A stretch of 64,000 bases of DNA from an uncultured Planctomycetota bacterium (GCA_963823665.1 CAWGMQ010000003.1:1152001-1216000), one strand, 5' to 3'. Shown: positions 29,995 through 40,677, counted from the stretch's first letter. Numbers and translations: made by a program. Notes: generated from the sequence alone by a model not told the origin.

Positions 29995-31200
29995 ATGGGG
30001 CAGAAGCGACACACACTCCTGATCGTCGACGACGAGCCGGATGTTCTGGACAGCTTGCGCCACCAGTTTCATCGGAGCTATCGCGTGCTCACGCGCACGA
30101 GCGGTGTGGAGGCGGTGGAGACACTGGCGAACGATGAGGTTGATCTGATCCTTTCCGACCAGCGGATGCCGGGTATGACCGGCGACCAGTTCCTCAAACG
30201 CGCCAGAGAGCTCAAGCCCGAGGCGATCCGGATGCTCTTCACGGGATACGCCGATATCCAGGCTGTTATCAGCGCGGTGAATGAAGGGCACATTTTCCGC
30301 TACATATTGAAGCCATGGGATTCGACCGAGCTTGAAGGGATCATCCGCCAGGGGGTCGATCAATACGATCTGCTCGCGGAACGGCGGCGGCTGATTGCGG
30401 AACTGCAGTCGACCAACGGGCAGCTCGTGGCCGCCAATCACGAACTTGCCCGCGCGGGCAAGCTGAAGACGGCATTCATCGAAGTGGCCAGTCACGAATT
30501 CAATACGCCGATCAACCTGGTGCTGGGGTTCACCGAGCTGCTCAAGCTATCGAACCCGAATCGTCCGGACCAGGAGCTGGAAATCCTGCGGCAGATCACG
30601 TCGAGCGGACGTCAACTGGCGCGGCTGGTGACGAACATGCTCACGCTGCTTCGCGCCGAAGATTTCCGGAGGACGCTCAAGACGGAGCCGGTGAACCTGA
30701 TCGAGCTGATGCAGAAGGTTGTCGAGCAAGTGCGTCCGTTTCTGGACGCGCGGCGGCTCAAACTTTTGACCGAGCTGGAGGAAGACCTGGGACCATTCGA
30801 GCTCGACGCGGAGAAGATCAGTGCGGTGCTCATCAACGTGATCACGAATGCGATCAAATTCACACCCGACGGGGGGACGATCGAGCTGGTGGGACGGGCG
30901 GCGCCTGAGCAGATGGTCGAGATCCTGGTACAAGACCGTGGCGTGGGGCTTCTACCCGAGGAACTCAAGCATGTGTTTCAGCCGTTCTTCACACAGCTCG
31001 ATCCCAGCCGGCACTCATCGGGCGACTTTGGCTTCAACAAGCGTGGGCTGGGCCTGGGCCTCTCGATCGCCAAGAGCTTTGTCGAGATGCACGGGGGAAC
31101 GATTTCGGCCGAGTGCCGCGACGGAGGAGGCACGCGCATCACTGTGCGTTTGCCTCGCCTGGCGAACCGAGGCGATGCACCACTCGAGCGAGGAACTTGA
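29995..31200 (+). CDS. Hybrid receiver-histidine kinase, cytoplasmic
   Basis: N-terminal REC; H box SHEFNTP; N box NAIKF; DRGVG; GLGLGL. Confidence 0.95.
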   Translation: MGQKRHTLLIVDDEPDVLDSLRHQFHRSYRVLTRTSGVEAVETLANDEVDLILSDQRMPGMTGDQFLKRARELKPEAIRMLFTGYADIQAVISAVNEGHIFRYILKPWDSTELEGIIRQGVDQYDLLAERRRLIAELQSTNGQLVAANHELARAGKLKTAFIEVASHEFNTPINLVLGFTELLKLSNPNRPDQELEILRQITSSGRQLARLVTNMLTLLRAEDFRRTLKTEPVNLIELMQKVVEQVRPFLDARRLKLLTELEEDLGPFELDAEKISAVLINVITNAIKFTPDGGTIELVGRAAPEQMVEILVQDRGVGLLPEELKHVFQPFFTQLDPSRHSSGDFGFNKRGLGLGLSIAKSFVEMHGGTISAECRDGGGTRITVRLPRLANRGDAPLERGT

Positions 31201-31970
31201 TGCCCACTGCCCTGATTGTGGAAGACGAACCCGAGGCCAACAAGTTACTGGCGATGCTCGTGCAACTACGTGGCTACCAGACGGAATCGGCACTCGACGG
31301 CGCGGAGGCGATTGACCAGCTCAAGAAGCAGGTTTTCGATGTGATTTTCCTGGACCTGATGCTTCCGGACGCGGATGGCTACGACATCTGCCGAGCGCTC
31401 AAAGCCTCGGGCGACACGCGAGGCGTCCCCGTGATCATCGTGACAGCGCGGATCACCGTGGAGAACCGGATGGAAAGCTTCCGCGCGGGAGCCGACGATT
31501 TCATTCCCAAGCCTTATATGCCCGACCAGATCTTCGAGGCACTGGCACATGCTCAGGATTGCCGGGCGCAGGTCGAGTCGTCGCTGGTCGAAGGAGAGGC
31601 GGTGCTCGACGCGCGCGATGAGGGGGAAACGCTACGCAGCCTGGCGCGGCTGCGGAACGCCCTCTCGACCCGAAGCGGCCTGGAGCGCGAAACGATCGAG
31701 GAGCTGACTCGTGTGATCAAGGCGATCTGGTCGAGCGCGATTGAATGGGGGAATCGCCGCAAGCTGGAGCGGGTGGCGTCCATCACGTACTCGCTCTCCG
31801 GGGATCGCCTCTGCCTGACGATCAGCGACGAGGCGGGCTGGCTCGAGGCTGGGAGCGGGCTTCTAGCAAGGTTGCCCGCGGGACTGGTGAACGGCGCGAT
31901 GTTCGACGAGGTCATTCACGATCCGGGCACACTCAGCGTGAAGCTGATCAAACGGATTCGGCCAGATTGA
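31200..31970 (+). CDS. Response regulator with degenerate RsbW-like HATPase C-terminal domain
   Basis: ALIVEDE, LDLMLP, IVTA, PKPY; C-terminal SAIEWGN...LTISDEAG. The ATG overlaps the kinase stop. Confidence 0.85.
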   Translation: MPTALIVEDEPEANKLLAMLVQLRGYQTESALDGAEAIDQLKKQVFDVIFLDLMLPDADGYDICRALKASGDTRGVPVIIVTARITVENRMESFRAGADDFIPKPYMPDQIFEALAHAQDCRAQVESSLVEGEAVLDARDEGETLRSLARLRNALSTRSGLERETIEELTRVIKAIWSSAIEWGNRRKLERVASITYSLSGDRLCLTISDEAGWLEAGSGLLARLPAGLVNGAMFDEVIHDPGTLSVKLIKRIRPD

Positions 31971-31987
31971 GGGTGAGGATTTTGCCG

Positions 31988-33045
31988 ATGAGCATTTCTC
32001 CAGGCCAACGATCCGACGATGGCGAAGGGGTTGCGCCGGGCGTACTGACGGAGGCGGACCGCGCGCTCCTGCTCGCTATGCGGGCTTGGGCGCACGAGTG
32101 CCGGCGCCCGGACGGAGCCGGCCTGCACGGAGAGCACGCTTTCATTCTGCGGTTCTGGGACTGGCTGGAGGCGGGCTGGGTGCGCCGGTTGTGCGACGCG
32201 TGGGACCGCGAGCAGAAGGCAGGGGATGGGATGGCGGCGGCTCGGGCGATCGAGCGGCTTCGCGCGATGCACATCGCGACGATCGAAGCCTCATTCAGTC
32301 ATGTGCACCCGAGCTGGATGGTCAGGGCGTTGCGCGAGGAATCACCGGCGGTGCAGAGGCTGGTCGCGGCGAGTGTTCCCGGGCCGCTGCGCCAATCGCT
32401 GCAAGCCGGGCTGTTGCTCGACGCAGAGGACATCACTCCGGACCGCGCTGTCCAGCCGATGGTTCAGGAGTGGGTGATGGGGCTCTGGACGGAGCGGCTG
32501 GTCGGGGGCGAGGCGTCGCGTCCTGACGATGCGCCGGCGCTCGTGGCCGTGTGCCGGATTTCGAACCGCGCTGGATATCGGCTGTGCCGGGTGGCGGGGC
32601 TCGGCAAGATGGTCGTTGCGGGGGTGAAGCCGGCAAAAGCGACGGACCGCGCGCTCTGCGCAGCCGGTTGGAGTGGCTGGAAGGCCGGCTTGGCGGGAGC
32701 GATCCGGAGTTTCGCGCGGCGGCGAGGGCTGATGTGCAATCGATGGCCCGATCGAAGCTGCCCCGGCGCAGGCACGCGGCGCGCTTCGGTTTGCTCACAC
32801 TTGCGCGGCTGCTTGCTGATCTTGAGCCGTTCCGGCTGCGGTGGGCGCTGCAACACTGGCCGTATCCGATCGTGAAGCTGACGCGAACACTGATTTCGAG
32901 CCCGGCGAAACCGACGCCGGCCGTACTCGCCGGCGAGATGGAGCTGTTGAAAACCGCATGGGAACGGCTCAAGCTGGAGGGGCGGCTGGACGAAGAATGG
33001 GGCGAGGTGAGAGGCGTTCGTGACGTCGAGAGCCGATTACCGTGA
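31988..33045 (+). CDS. Hypothetical protein, possibly SctK-like; one frameshift near 32653
   Basis: ORFs 31745-32875 and 32551-33045 join into one helical protein with HVHPSW, translationally coupled to the SpoA gene. Confidence 0.55.
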
Positions 33046-34373
33046 ATACAGATACGCATATCGTGAATCACGATTCGGAGGAAGGGCTGGATGGGGCGGA
33101 ATCGCGCGGTGGCCCTTTGGCCGGCGGCGGGCCGTTTGACTGGCTGCCGCGGCTCGGCCGCGCTCAGGTGCGACTGGAGCGGCTGCTGGCGCGGTGGATT
33201 CCCGAAGGGAGGCTGCCGGAGGCGCTTGGGTGGCTCGAGGATGCGGCAGGCGAACACATTCGGGTCGAGCGGGCGGAGGTGGTCTGGCGGGCTTCGGCTC
33301 TGGGGCGGCCGGGCCTGATCATTCAATTGACGGCGCCTCGGCTGGGAACGCGGCTGGCGGTGGGCATCGAGATTCCGCTGGTGCATCACTGGGTCGACCG
33401 GCTACTGGGATTCGATCGTCCGTTTGCTCAGAGCCGGCTTCAGATCACGCCGGTCGAGTGGGGCATCTGGTCATTCCTGGCGCTGCGAGTGCTGGATGCG
33501 CTTGACGCCGGGGCCGCGACTGAAGCGGATAGGCGGGGTATTCCGGGCGTGCTCGGGCCAGGCGACTTGACGCTTGACCGCGTGGGGCCGGACGCGTTCA
33601 ACCCGACCGACCTGGGTGCGATGGTGACGATCCGCTGGCTGGTGCGTGCGGGGAGCTTGAGTGGGGCCGTGCGTTTGTGGGTTCCGGAGTCGGTGGTCCA
33701 GCTCTGGATCACATCACATGCAATAACGACGGCCGGCGAGCGGCAACGGATGGAGCAGGCGCGGACGACCGTGCAGCCGCGAGCGGATGGGACGACGGTT
33801 CCTCGCGCCGAGCTTGCCGGAACGTGGCGCGCGGAGGCGGGGTTCGTGACCATGCCGCAGGGGTTGCGGCGCCTGCGGGCCGGGGCGGTGCTGCCGCTTT
33901 CGGAGACTCGATTGATCGGCTCGCCGCGAAATCCGACGGGGCCGGTTGATTTGATCATCGACCTGGATGAGCAAGACGTTCGATTCAGGATTCCTACCAG
34001 GCCGGTGGCCGATACGGGCGGCCATTTGCTGCGGCTGGAAGCCGGTATCACCCGGGAGCGGCGACCGAGAGATCCAATCGACAAGACGAAACTTTCGAGA
34101 ACAGCCATGAGCCAACCGACTGATTCGCAAAGCGCGACGACAGGTTCCGGGGTTGCGCCGCTTGACGTGCCGGTCACGTTGACGGTCGAGCTCGGGCGGG
34201 TGAATTTGACAATCAATCAGCTCGCCGAATTGAAACCCGGCGATGTTGTCGAGCTGGGCCGGCACAGCCGCGCTCCGGTGGAGCTGACATCGAACGGGCG
34301 GCTGGTCGCCCGTGGCGAACTCGTGCAGATTGACACCGACCTGGGAATACGCGTGACGAATACGTTTTTGTGA
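33042..34373 (+). CDS. SctQ/FliM-FliN family type III secretion C-ring protein
   Basis: C-terminal SpoA domain (LDVPVTLTVELGR...L.PGDVVEL...PVEL..NGRLVARGELV.ID..LGIRV) plus a degenerate upstream SpoA (LRRLRAGAVLPL). Confidence 0.85.
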   Translation: MNTDTHIVNHDSEEGLDGAESRGGPLAGGGPFDWLPRLGRAQVRLERLLARWIPEGRLPEALGWLEDAAGEHIRVERAEVVWRASALGRPGLIIQLTAPRLGTRLAVGIEIPLVHHWVDRLLGFDRPFAQSRLQITPVEWGIWSFLALRVLDALDAGAATEADRRGIPGVLGPGDLTLDRVGPDAFNPTDLGAMVTIRWLVRAGSLSGAVRLWVPESVVQLWITSHAITTAGERQRMEQARTTVQPRADGTTVPRAELAGTWRAEAGFVTMPQGLRRLRAGAVLPLSETRLIGSPRNPTGPVDLIIDLDEQDVRFRIPTRPVADTGGHLLRLEAGITRERRPRDPIDKTKLSRTAMSQPTDSQSATTGSGVAPLDVPVTLTVELGRVNLTINQLAELKPGDVVELGRHSRAPVELTSNGRLVARGELVQIDTDLGIRVTNTFL

Positions 34374-34410
34374 AGCGCGGCGGGTTTGTGATGGCGGCCG
34401 CCGGGACGGA

Positions 34411-34442
34411 CCCCCCCTGGCCCCCCCTTCTAAAGGGGGGAA
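34411..34442. repeat. REP-like hairpin between convergent genes, possible terminator
   Basis: CCCCCCTT-CTA-AAGGGGGG at 34422-34440. Confidence 0.55.
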
Positions 34443-34508
34443 GCTTTGCGCAACGTACGCGGCGGGAAATCTCTGCGCCTTGTTCTGCAAGTTTTCAACA
34501 GGCCGGCT

Positions 34509-36011
34509 TCACACCGGGTAGACAACCTGGATTAACGCCTGGAGTGCGAGCGTTTGTGCACCCAGTAGGGCTGCGGTTGCCGCGAGGGCAATCGGGCGCG
34601 CACCCAGTCGGCTGATCGCGACACCGGCGGCCAGGAGGAGCGGCGGCATGAAGAGCATCCAGAGCCGCGCAACTTCGCCCATGTTGCGGCCGATCAGGTT
34701 GCTCAAGATCAGCACGAGCAGCGTCGTCCAAGCTGAGGCTGGAACGCTTCGCCAAGCGGTGTAGCCGACCAGGCACCAGAGCGCGGAAGGCAAGCCGATG
34801 GCAATTGTCATCTCGACGGAGTTGCCGAGGATCCAGAGCCAGTAGGTTCGCGGATATTTCACGTAGAACTGCGCATGATGCTTGAGATTCCAGGACCCGA
34901 TGATGAAGGGATTGGCGGACGTGAGCGCCCAGGCTGCGAAAAGGCACGAGAAAAAGCCGGCGCCGGTGGCGAGAATGAGCAACGCGCGGGCTTTCGGCGA
35001 TGCGGACTTCGTCGCGATCAAGGTAAGTGCCACGATCAGTCCGACGGGAAGGAATGCCAGCGTGAACGACATTCCAAACGCCATGACCATTCCCGACGCG
35101 AGCGCGAGCAGGGAGGCGGCGACGTACGGGCCTTTCGGGTGTGCGGACCTGGCTCCCCAGACCGCCAGAGCCAATGCGGTCGTCGAGAGCAACGGATACG
35201 CGGCATCGGCGACGGGCTGAAAGAGGTTGGCACTCGGCGCCAGTGGCCAGAGCGCAGCCGCAGCCCAGGAAGCGGGGGCAGGCAGTGTGGCTCGCGCGAG
35301 CAAGTAGAGAGGTACGACGGTGCCGGCGCACGCGCAGAGCGTGAAGAGTGCGGTGGCGAAGAGGGCAGCCTGGTCGGCCCGCGAAAGTGGTCGGGCCTCG
35401 GGATTGGCGAAGACGCGAAAGCCCGCGTCGACCGTGGCTGGCGCGTGATCGAGAAGCGTGGCCGTGAGTCGTGGATTCTGGTCCATCATCCGCAGCAGGA
35501 GACACTGAGTCACAATCAATCCGGGTGGGTGGGTGCCGATGTGAAAGACGTCCTGGCTTTCTATCCAGTCGGGATAATCGGCCAGGAATTTCCACGGATC
35601 GGTCGCGGCTTTTTCTCTGGCGATCTGGAAATAGCCGCTCGATCCCGGGAGGTAGTTGACCGCAGCCCACTTGGTCAAGTCGTAACCGGGAGGTGCTCCC
35701 ATGGGAATGATCACTTGAATGCAAATCGACGCGAAGAACAGGCCGAGCACGGCAGCCGCTTCAAAGATGCGGGAGCGCTTCGTCGACAAGACGCGCAACC
35801 CGAGCGCGACGAAGGCGGCGTAGACGGCCACGCCGGGCAAGGCGATCGAGAGCCCGTCCCAACGAAGGGCTGCCCTGTCAGGCAGGCGATTCCATTCCCA
35901 TTCGCCGGGAACGCCGGTAGGGAGCAGTTTGGTGGCGAGTGCGGCTGTGACCGCAACGATCAAGATGGCCTGAAGCAGCAGGATTGCGGCGAGTCGGCGT
36001 TTCTGAGTCAT
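34509..36011 (-). CDS. Polytopic membrane GT-C glycosyltransferase-like protein
   Basis: Many TM helices, HIGTHPPG loop, C-terminal EVARLWMLFMP. Confidence 0.7.
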   Translation of the reverse strand: MTQKRRLAAILLLQAILIVAVTAALATKLLPTGVPGEWEWNRLPDRAALRWDGLSIALPGVAVYAAFVALGLRVLSTKRSRIFEAAAVLGLFFASICIQVIIPMGAPPGYDLTKWAAVNYLPGSSGYFQIAREKAATDPWKFLADYPDWIESQDVFHIGTHPPGLIVTQCLLLRMMDQNPRLTATLLDHAPATVDAGFRVFANPEARPLSRADQAALFATALFTLCACAGTVVPLYLLARATLPAPASWAAAALWPLAPSANLFQPVADAAYPLLSTTALALAVWGARSAHPKGPYVAASLLALASGMVMAFGMSFTLAFLPVGLIVALTLIATKSASPKARALLILATGAGFFSCLFAAWALTSANPFIIGSWNLKHHAQFYVKYPRTYWLWILGNSVEMTIAIGLPSALWCLVGYTAWRSVPASAWTTLLVLILSNLIGRNMGEVARLWMLFMPPLLLAAGVAISRLGARPIALAATAALLGAQTLALQALIQVVYPV

Positions 36012-36223
36012 GCGATCGATCTTAGCGAGGGCGAGCGGCGCTCGCGAGGTTTGTTCGCCGCTCTCAGGGACCGGGACGTTGCCTCGGGCGAACGCGCGTG
36101 GTTTGATCGTTGCAGGATCGCCGGGCGCTTGGGCTGTCCAGGGCGGACTCTGCTCGTTGCGCCGCCGATCATTTATCGCGAACGATTGATGCGAGCCGCC
36201 GCCACCGCTTGGAGACACACGTG

Positions 36224-37624
36224 ATGCAGTTCGACGACGCACCCAAGTCCGCAGCGGATAGCGGCCGTGACGATCGACCGTGGTGGAGGGGTTTGACGAG
36301 TTACCAGTGGTTCGTGTTCATCGTCGCGTCGCTGGGCTGGCTGTTCGACACGATGGACCAGCAGCTTTTCATCTTGGCCCGGATCTCGGCGGTGCGCGAG
36401 CTGCTGGGCGTTCAGGCCGGGGATGCCGCGCACGAGGCGTCCGTCGATTGGTACGGCGGGGTTGCGACGACCTTCTTCATGGTCGGCTGGGCCCTGGGAG
36501 GGTTTTTCTTTGGTGTGCTCGGCGATCGCATCGGCCGTGCGAAGACCATGTTGCTGACAGTCTTGTGTTATTCGGCATTCACCGGCTTGAGTGCACGATC
36601 GGTGGGAGTTTGGGATTTCTCTGGTTACCGGTTTTTGACGGGGCTGGGGGTGGGCGGGCAATTTGCCGTAGGAGTCGCACTCGTCGCCGAGGTGATGCCG
36701 GACCGGTCGCGGCCGTTTGCGCTGGGTTGGCTCCAGGCGCTTTCCGCGGTCGGCAACATGCTTGCGGCGTGCACGAATCTTGTGCTCGGCAAGCTGGAGC
36801 AAGCGGGGAAGATTGAAAGCTCGTGGCGCATCATGTTCTTCATCGGGCTTGCGCCAGCGTTGCTGGCCATTCCGATCTTCATGCGGCTGAAGGAACCTGA
36901 GCGCTGGAAAGCGGCGGCCGAGGAGAAGGGATCGTCGGGGCCGAGCTCGGTCCGGTTGGGCTCGCTCGCCGAGCTTTTCGGAAATGCTCGGTTCAGGCGC
37001 AACACGATCGTGGGCATGATCCTCGCGTTTGCGGGCGTGGTCGGCTTGTGGGGCATCGGGTTTTTCAGTCCCGATCTGGTTGACGTCGTCTTCCGGAAGC
37101 ACTTTCAGAACCAGGGGCTCTCCGCACAGGAGATCGGCGGCAAGCTGACGTTCTGGAAGGGTATCACGTCGTTGTTACAGAACGCCGGGGCATTCCTGGG
37201 GATCTATGCCTTCGCGCGGATCACGCACATCATTGGGCGGAAACCCGCGTTTGCGATCTCGTTCGTGCTGGCAGCAGCCGCCACCGCCATGACTTTCTGG
37301 TTCCTCGACGCGTTCTGGCAGATCTTCGTGTTGATTCCGATCATGGGGTTCTGCCAGCTCGCGCTGTTCGGCGGCTATGCGATTTACTTCCCGGAGCTGT
37401 TCCCGACGCGGCTGCGCAGCACGGGGACATCATTCTGTTACAACGTGGGGCGGCTGGTGGCGGCCGCCGGACCGTCGATCAAAGGGCTGCTCACCAGCAA
37501 GGTCTTCGTGGGCTTCCCTGAGCCGATGCGGTATGCGGGAATCACGATGTGCTCGGTATTCCTGGTGGGGCTTTTGGCGCTGCCGTTTGCCCCCGAGACG
37601 AGAGGGAAGCCGCTGCCGGAGTGA
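36224..37624 (+). CDS. MFS transporter
   Basis: LGWLFDTMD, GVLGDRIGR, PELFPTRLRSTG, PETRGKPLP. Confidence 0.92.
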   Translation: MQFDDAPKSAADSGRDDRPWWRGLTSYQWFVFIVASLGWLFDTMDQQLFILARISAVRELLGVQAGDAAHEASVDWYGGVATTFFMVGWALGGFFFGVLGDRIGRAKTMLLTVLCYSAFTGLSARSVGVWDFSGYRFLTGLGVGGQFAVGVALVAEVMPDRSRPFALGWLQALSAVGNMLAACTNLVLGKLEQAGKIESSWRIMFFIGLAPALLAIPIFMRLKEPERWKAAAEEKGSSGPSSVRLGSLAELFGNARFRRNTIVGMILAFAGVVGLWGIGFFSPDLVDVVFRKHFQNQGLSAQEIGGKLTFWKGITSLLQNAGAFLGIYAFARITHIIGRKPAFAISFVLAAAATAMTFWFLDAFWQIFVLIPIMGFCQLALFGGYAIYFPELFPTRLRSTGTSFCYNVGRLVAAAGPSIKGLLTSKVFVGFPEPMRYAGITMCSVFLVGLLALPFAPETRGKPLPE

Positions 37625-37642
37625 AGGTCACGCATGCTGTTC

Positions 37643-38950
37643 CTAGCGGGCATCGGGGTTGGCGGGAACAGGCGCGGGCGTGAGCTTCATCTTGCGGATA
37701 AATGCGTCTTGCAAGGTTTGTTCGTCAAACTTCACGCCAGTCGAGCGAAATAGTTCTTTGGCCCAGAAGTTGACGTATTCCTTCAACAACTCATCGCGAT
37801 GGTCGACACTCACGAGCTGAAGTGCTCGAAGCATGAACGCCTCCTGGAGCATTGTGCCTGTAATCGATTGGATTGGCGCGCTCAATCGGTCGATTTCGGC
37901 GGTCTTCTTGACGATCTCGTCCCTGCCGACGATGAGCCGATCACCTGCGAAGATCTGAAAGTTTGTGGCCACTTCACCTCGTTCCTGGATTCCTTGCAGA
38001 TCAATCTTGTAGACCCTGGCGGGTTTGCCGCTTCGTTGTGGACGCACCAAGCTGATCTGTTTTGGGTCGGCTGTCGAAAGCAGGCCGCCGGCGTATTGCA
38101 GAGCGTCCAGGACCGTTTCGCTGCCCATGTGTGGCATCATTCCTGGGGTGGCAACGTCGCCCTGTACGTAATACTGCATGGAGTTATACGCCGTCACATC
38201 GACGAAGACACTCAATGATGCCTCCGGCGGAACGATCTTCCACGACACGCCACTCGGTGAGATTGCGGGCTCGTTAGCAGGACCGGCGGGGGCGGGCTGT
38301 TGGATACCGGGTCGAGCTTTACCACTGGGGATCTTGGCTGGCTTCGGGACCTCATCCGGATTGAAGGGGTTTGCCTCGTTACCTGGAAGCTGCGGAATCG
38401 GGGGCTGCTCAAGCGGCGTTGCATCGGGTTGCAGCTCTTCCATGAAGGCGAGCCCCAACATCTCGTCGTTCAGGAACTTTCTCATGTGTTTGATGATCGC
38501 GACCTTGATTTGCGCTACCGTCAATCCTCTCACGTGGATGTCGCCGTACCAGCCGAGGGAAATGTTGCCGTCGGGTCTGACCAGGCGCTCGCCGGAGATG
38601 GGACGCCCCGGCAGTCCTTCCAATAGCTCGACGAGAATCAAGTCGGGCGGCGCGACGACGTACGGCAAATCAATGAGCGCACCTTCATGAGGCGGTGGAT
38701 TGTCCGGAATGGGTGGCGAGGGACGTGGCGTCAGATCGTACCGTTCGATCATCTTGTCGATCAGCGCCTTGCGTTTCGCCGGATCCTGGAGCTCGGCTTG
38801 CGACGGTGATCTCCCCGTGGAGTCAGGCAGCGTAACCGGCGTGGGCTGATTCTTTGCCGGTTCCTGTGCCGGAGCGAAAGCGGTCATGCACAAAACGACT
38901 GAGGCGCACACCGATGCGGTTTCCGTCAAGGCCATTCGGCGAGAGAACAT
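37643..38950 (-). CDS. Polysaccharide export (Wza-like/SLBB) protein
   Basis: Signal peptide; YVVAPPD...LVRPDG.ISLG.YG; YYVQGDVATPG...ETVLDAL..AGGL. Confidence 0.85.
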   Translation of the reverse strand: MFSRRMALTETASVCASVVLCMTAFAPAQEPAKNQPTPVTLPDSTGRSPSQAELQDPAKRKALIDKMIERYDLTPRPSPPIPDNPPPHEGALIDLPYVVAPPDLILVELLEGLPGRPISGERLVRPDGNISLGWYGDIHVRGLTVAQIKVAIIKHMRKFLNDEMLGLAFMEELQPDATPLEQPPIPQLPGNEANPFNPDEVPKPAKIPSGKARPGIQQPAPAGPANEPAISPSGVSWKIVPPEASLSVFVDVTAYNSMQYYVQGDVATPGMMPHMGSETVLDALQYAGGLLSTADPKQISLVRPQRSGKPARVYKIDLQGIQERGEVATNFQIFAGDRLIVGRDEIVKKTAEIDRLSAPIQSITGTMLQEAFMLRALQLVSVDHRDELLKEYVNFWAKELFRSTGVKFDEQTLQDAFIRKMKLTPAPVPANPDAR

Positions 38951-39077
38951 GCTGGTACCCTCTGTGTTGTGCGGTCGTGATTCGAGTCGGCGAACCCAAG
39001 AGTGGCTTACCGCGCAAATTAGCCGCAGCCGCTCTACGGGGCAAGTATTAGGCGCAGCAAGCCGGTCTCGACGATTT

Positions 39078-39872
39078 TCACATCACCAGCCGCGCCGCAT
39101 CGCGGTCGAGGTAGAGTTTTGCTCCGGGATGGCGGCGGAGGGCTGTTGCCGGGCATGACTCGTTGATCGGGCCGCGGAGGGTGGTGAGGACCGCATTTGC
39201 CTTGCGCGGGCCGGGAACGACAACCGAGGCGACCGGTGCGGCGAGCAGGGCGGGAATGGTCATGGTGTAGGCATGAGTGGGTATGTCTTCCGGTTTCGCG
39301 AAGCAGCCGTCATTGATCTGCTGTGCGCGGCAGGCTGCATCGAGCCGGACCACTTTGACGAAGACGGGATCGAGAAAATCGGCAACCGGGGGATCGTTGA
39401 ATGCGATGTGACCATTCTCGCCGATTCCCGCGCAGACGATGTCGGGGGGCTCTGTTTTGAGGCGATCTTCGTACTCCAGGCAGGTCTGGAGGGGCCGCCC
39501 GGTCTGTTCGCCGGGGATGAGCCGCAACTGATTGGACTTCAGGCCGACCAGGCGGAAGAGGTGTTCTTGAAGGTAGCGCCGGAATGACGCTGGGTGGTCG
39601 GCGTGGACGCCCATGTATTCGTCCATATGAAAAGCGACGACGCGTGTCCAATCGACGTTCTTGTCGGCGACGAGTCCCGCCATGAACTCATCCTGGCTGG
39701 GCGCAGCGGCGAATACGACGCGCGCGTTTCCGGAGGTGTGCTGCGCGGCGGCTATCGATGCGGCCACGGCCTGAGCGGCGGCGCGCCCGGCCAGAGCCCG
39801 GTTGTCGTAGACGAGCACATCGAGACAATCGACCATGAAACGAGCGACTGTTGCAACCTCGGAGACGTTCAT
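39078..39872 (-). CDS. nagB: Glucosamine-6-phosphate deaminase family protein
   Basis: AFHMDEY, GIGENGHIAFNDP, CPAT.LR.H. Confidence 0.85.
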   Translation of the reverse strand: MNVSEVATVARFMVDCLDVLVYDNRALAGRAAAQAVAASIAAAQHTSGNARVVFAAAPSQDEFMAGLVADKNVDWTRVVAFHMDEYMGVHADHPASFRRYLQEHLFRLVGLKSNQLRLIPGEQTGRPLQTCLEYEDRLKTEPPDIVCAGIGENGHIAFNDPPVADFLDPVFVKVVRLDAACRAQQINDGCFAKPEDIPTHAYTMTIPALLAAPVASVVVPGPRKANAVLTTLRGPINESCPATALRRHPGAKLYLDRDAARLVM

Positions 39873-40057
39873 TCCCGGGGTCTCTTGCAGGGGAAAGCGA
39901 ATCGATGCGACCAAAATCGTGCGGTCTGCAAAGTAACTCGCTCGATGGCACGGGGCCAGACCCCTGGCCGGAATCCGCGTTCATGGAAACCGGGCAAGGG
40001 GTGATTGCTCTAGCGCGGCCATCGATCAGGGCGGGATTGAATACGAGGCGAGCGGCG

Positions 40058-40273
40058 TCACGAGGCGGCGAGCGCCGTCGCGCGGCCCTGGCGGGAATGT
40101 CCCGAGCGGAGCTGCTCGCAGAGTTTCTGACATTCGTTCAAGTCGCCGATCAAGGAATCAGCCAGGAATGACTGCGTCTCGCCGTCATTCGTCATCTCCA
40201 GTTGATCGTGGCAACGGGACATGTGCTCGATGAGGTCTTTCATCCAGAGCAGGGTGTGGCGCCGATTTCTCAT
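40058..40273 (-). CDS. Small hypothetical helical protein
   Basis: 71 aa starting MRNRRHTLLWMKDLIEHM, with AAGGAA upstream. Confidence 0.7.
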   Translation of the reverse strand: MRNRRHTLLWMKDLIEHMSRCHDQLEMTNDGETQSFLADSLIGDLNECQKLCEQLRSGHSRQGRATALAAS

Positions 40274-40677
40274 CTTGAGGTGTTCCTTCACCTGAATCGT
40301 CGAACAGGATCTAGACTTGGATTGCACGGAACCCGCACACGGATATTTCGTCCCCGGCCGTCGGACGCTGTTCACCGTCTTCCGGCCTCGGATCGCTCCG
40401 CCAGAGGGGAGCAAAGGCTGTGCCACAGCCGTCTGCTCGAGCGGGCTCGGCGCAACTCATTCACGGTGGGAATCTTGAGGAAAAAAGTTCAGACGGCGTC
40501 GAAATCATCGCGAAAGGGCGGATTGTAAGGCTTACCAGGCTTCGAGGGACGCTAGAGGCTGCATGAACTTCGGCGCGTCACTTCTTTCTTGAGCCCCAAG
40601 GCTTTACACTAGGGTCTGGGGCCGTGTTTCCTTGCTTGGGGGGAGAGGCCGTGGGGGCGCAACGGGCGGCGGAGAGC

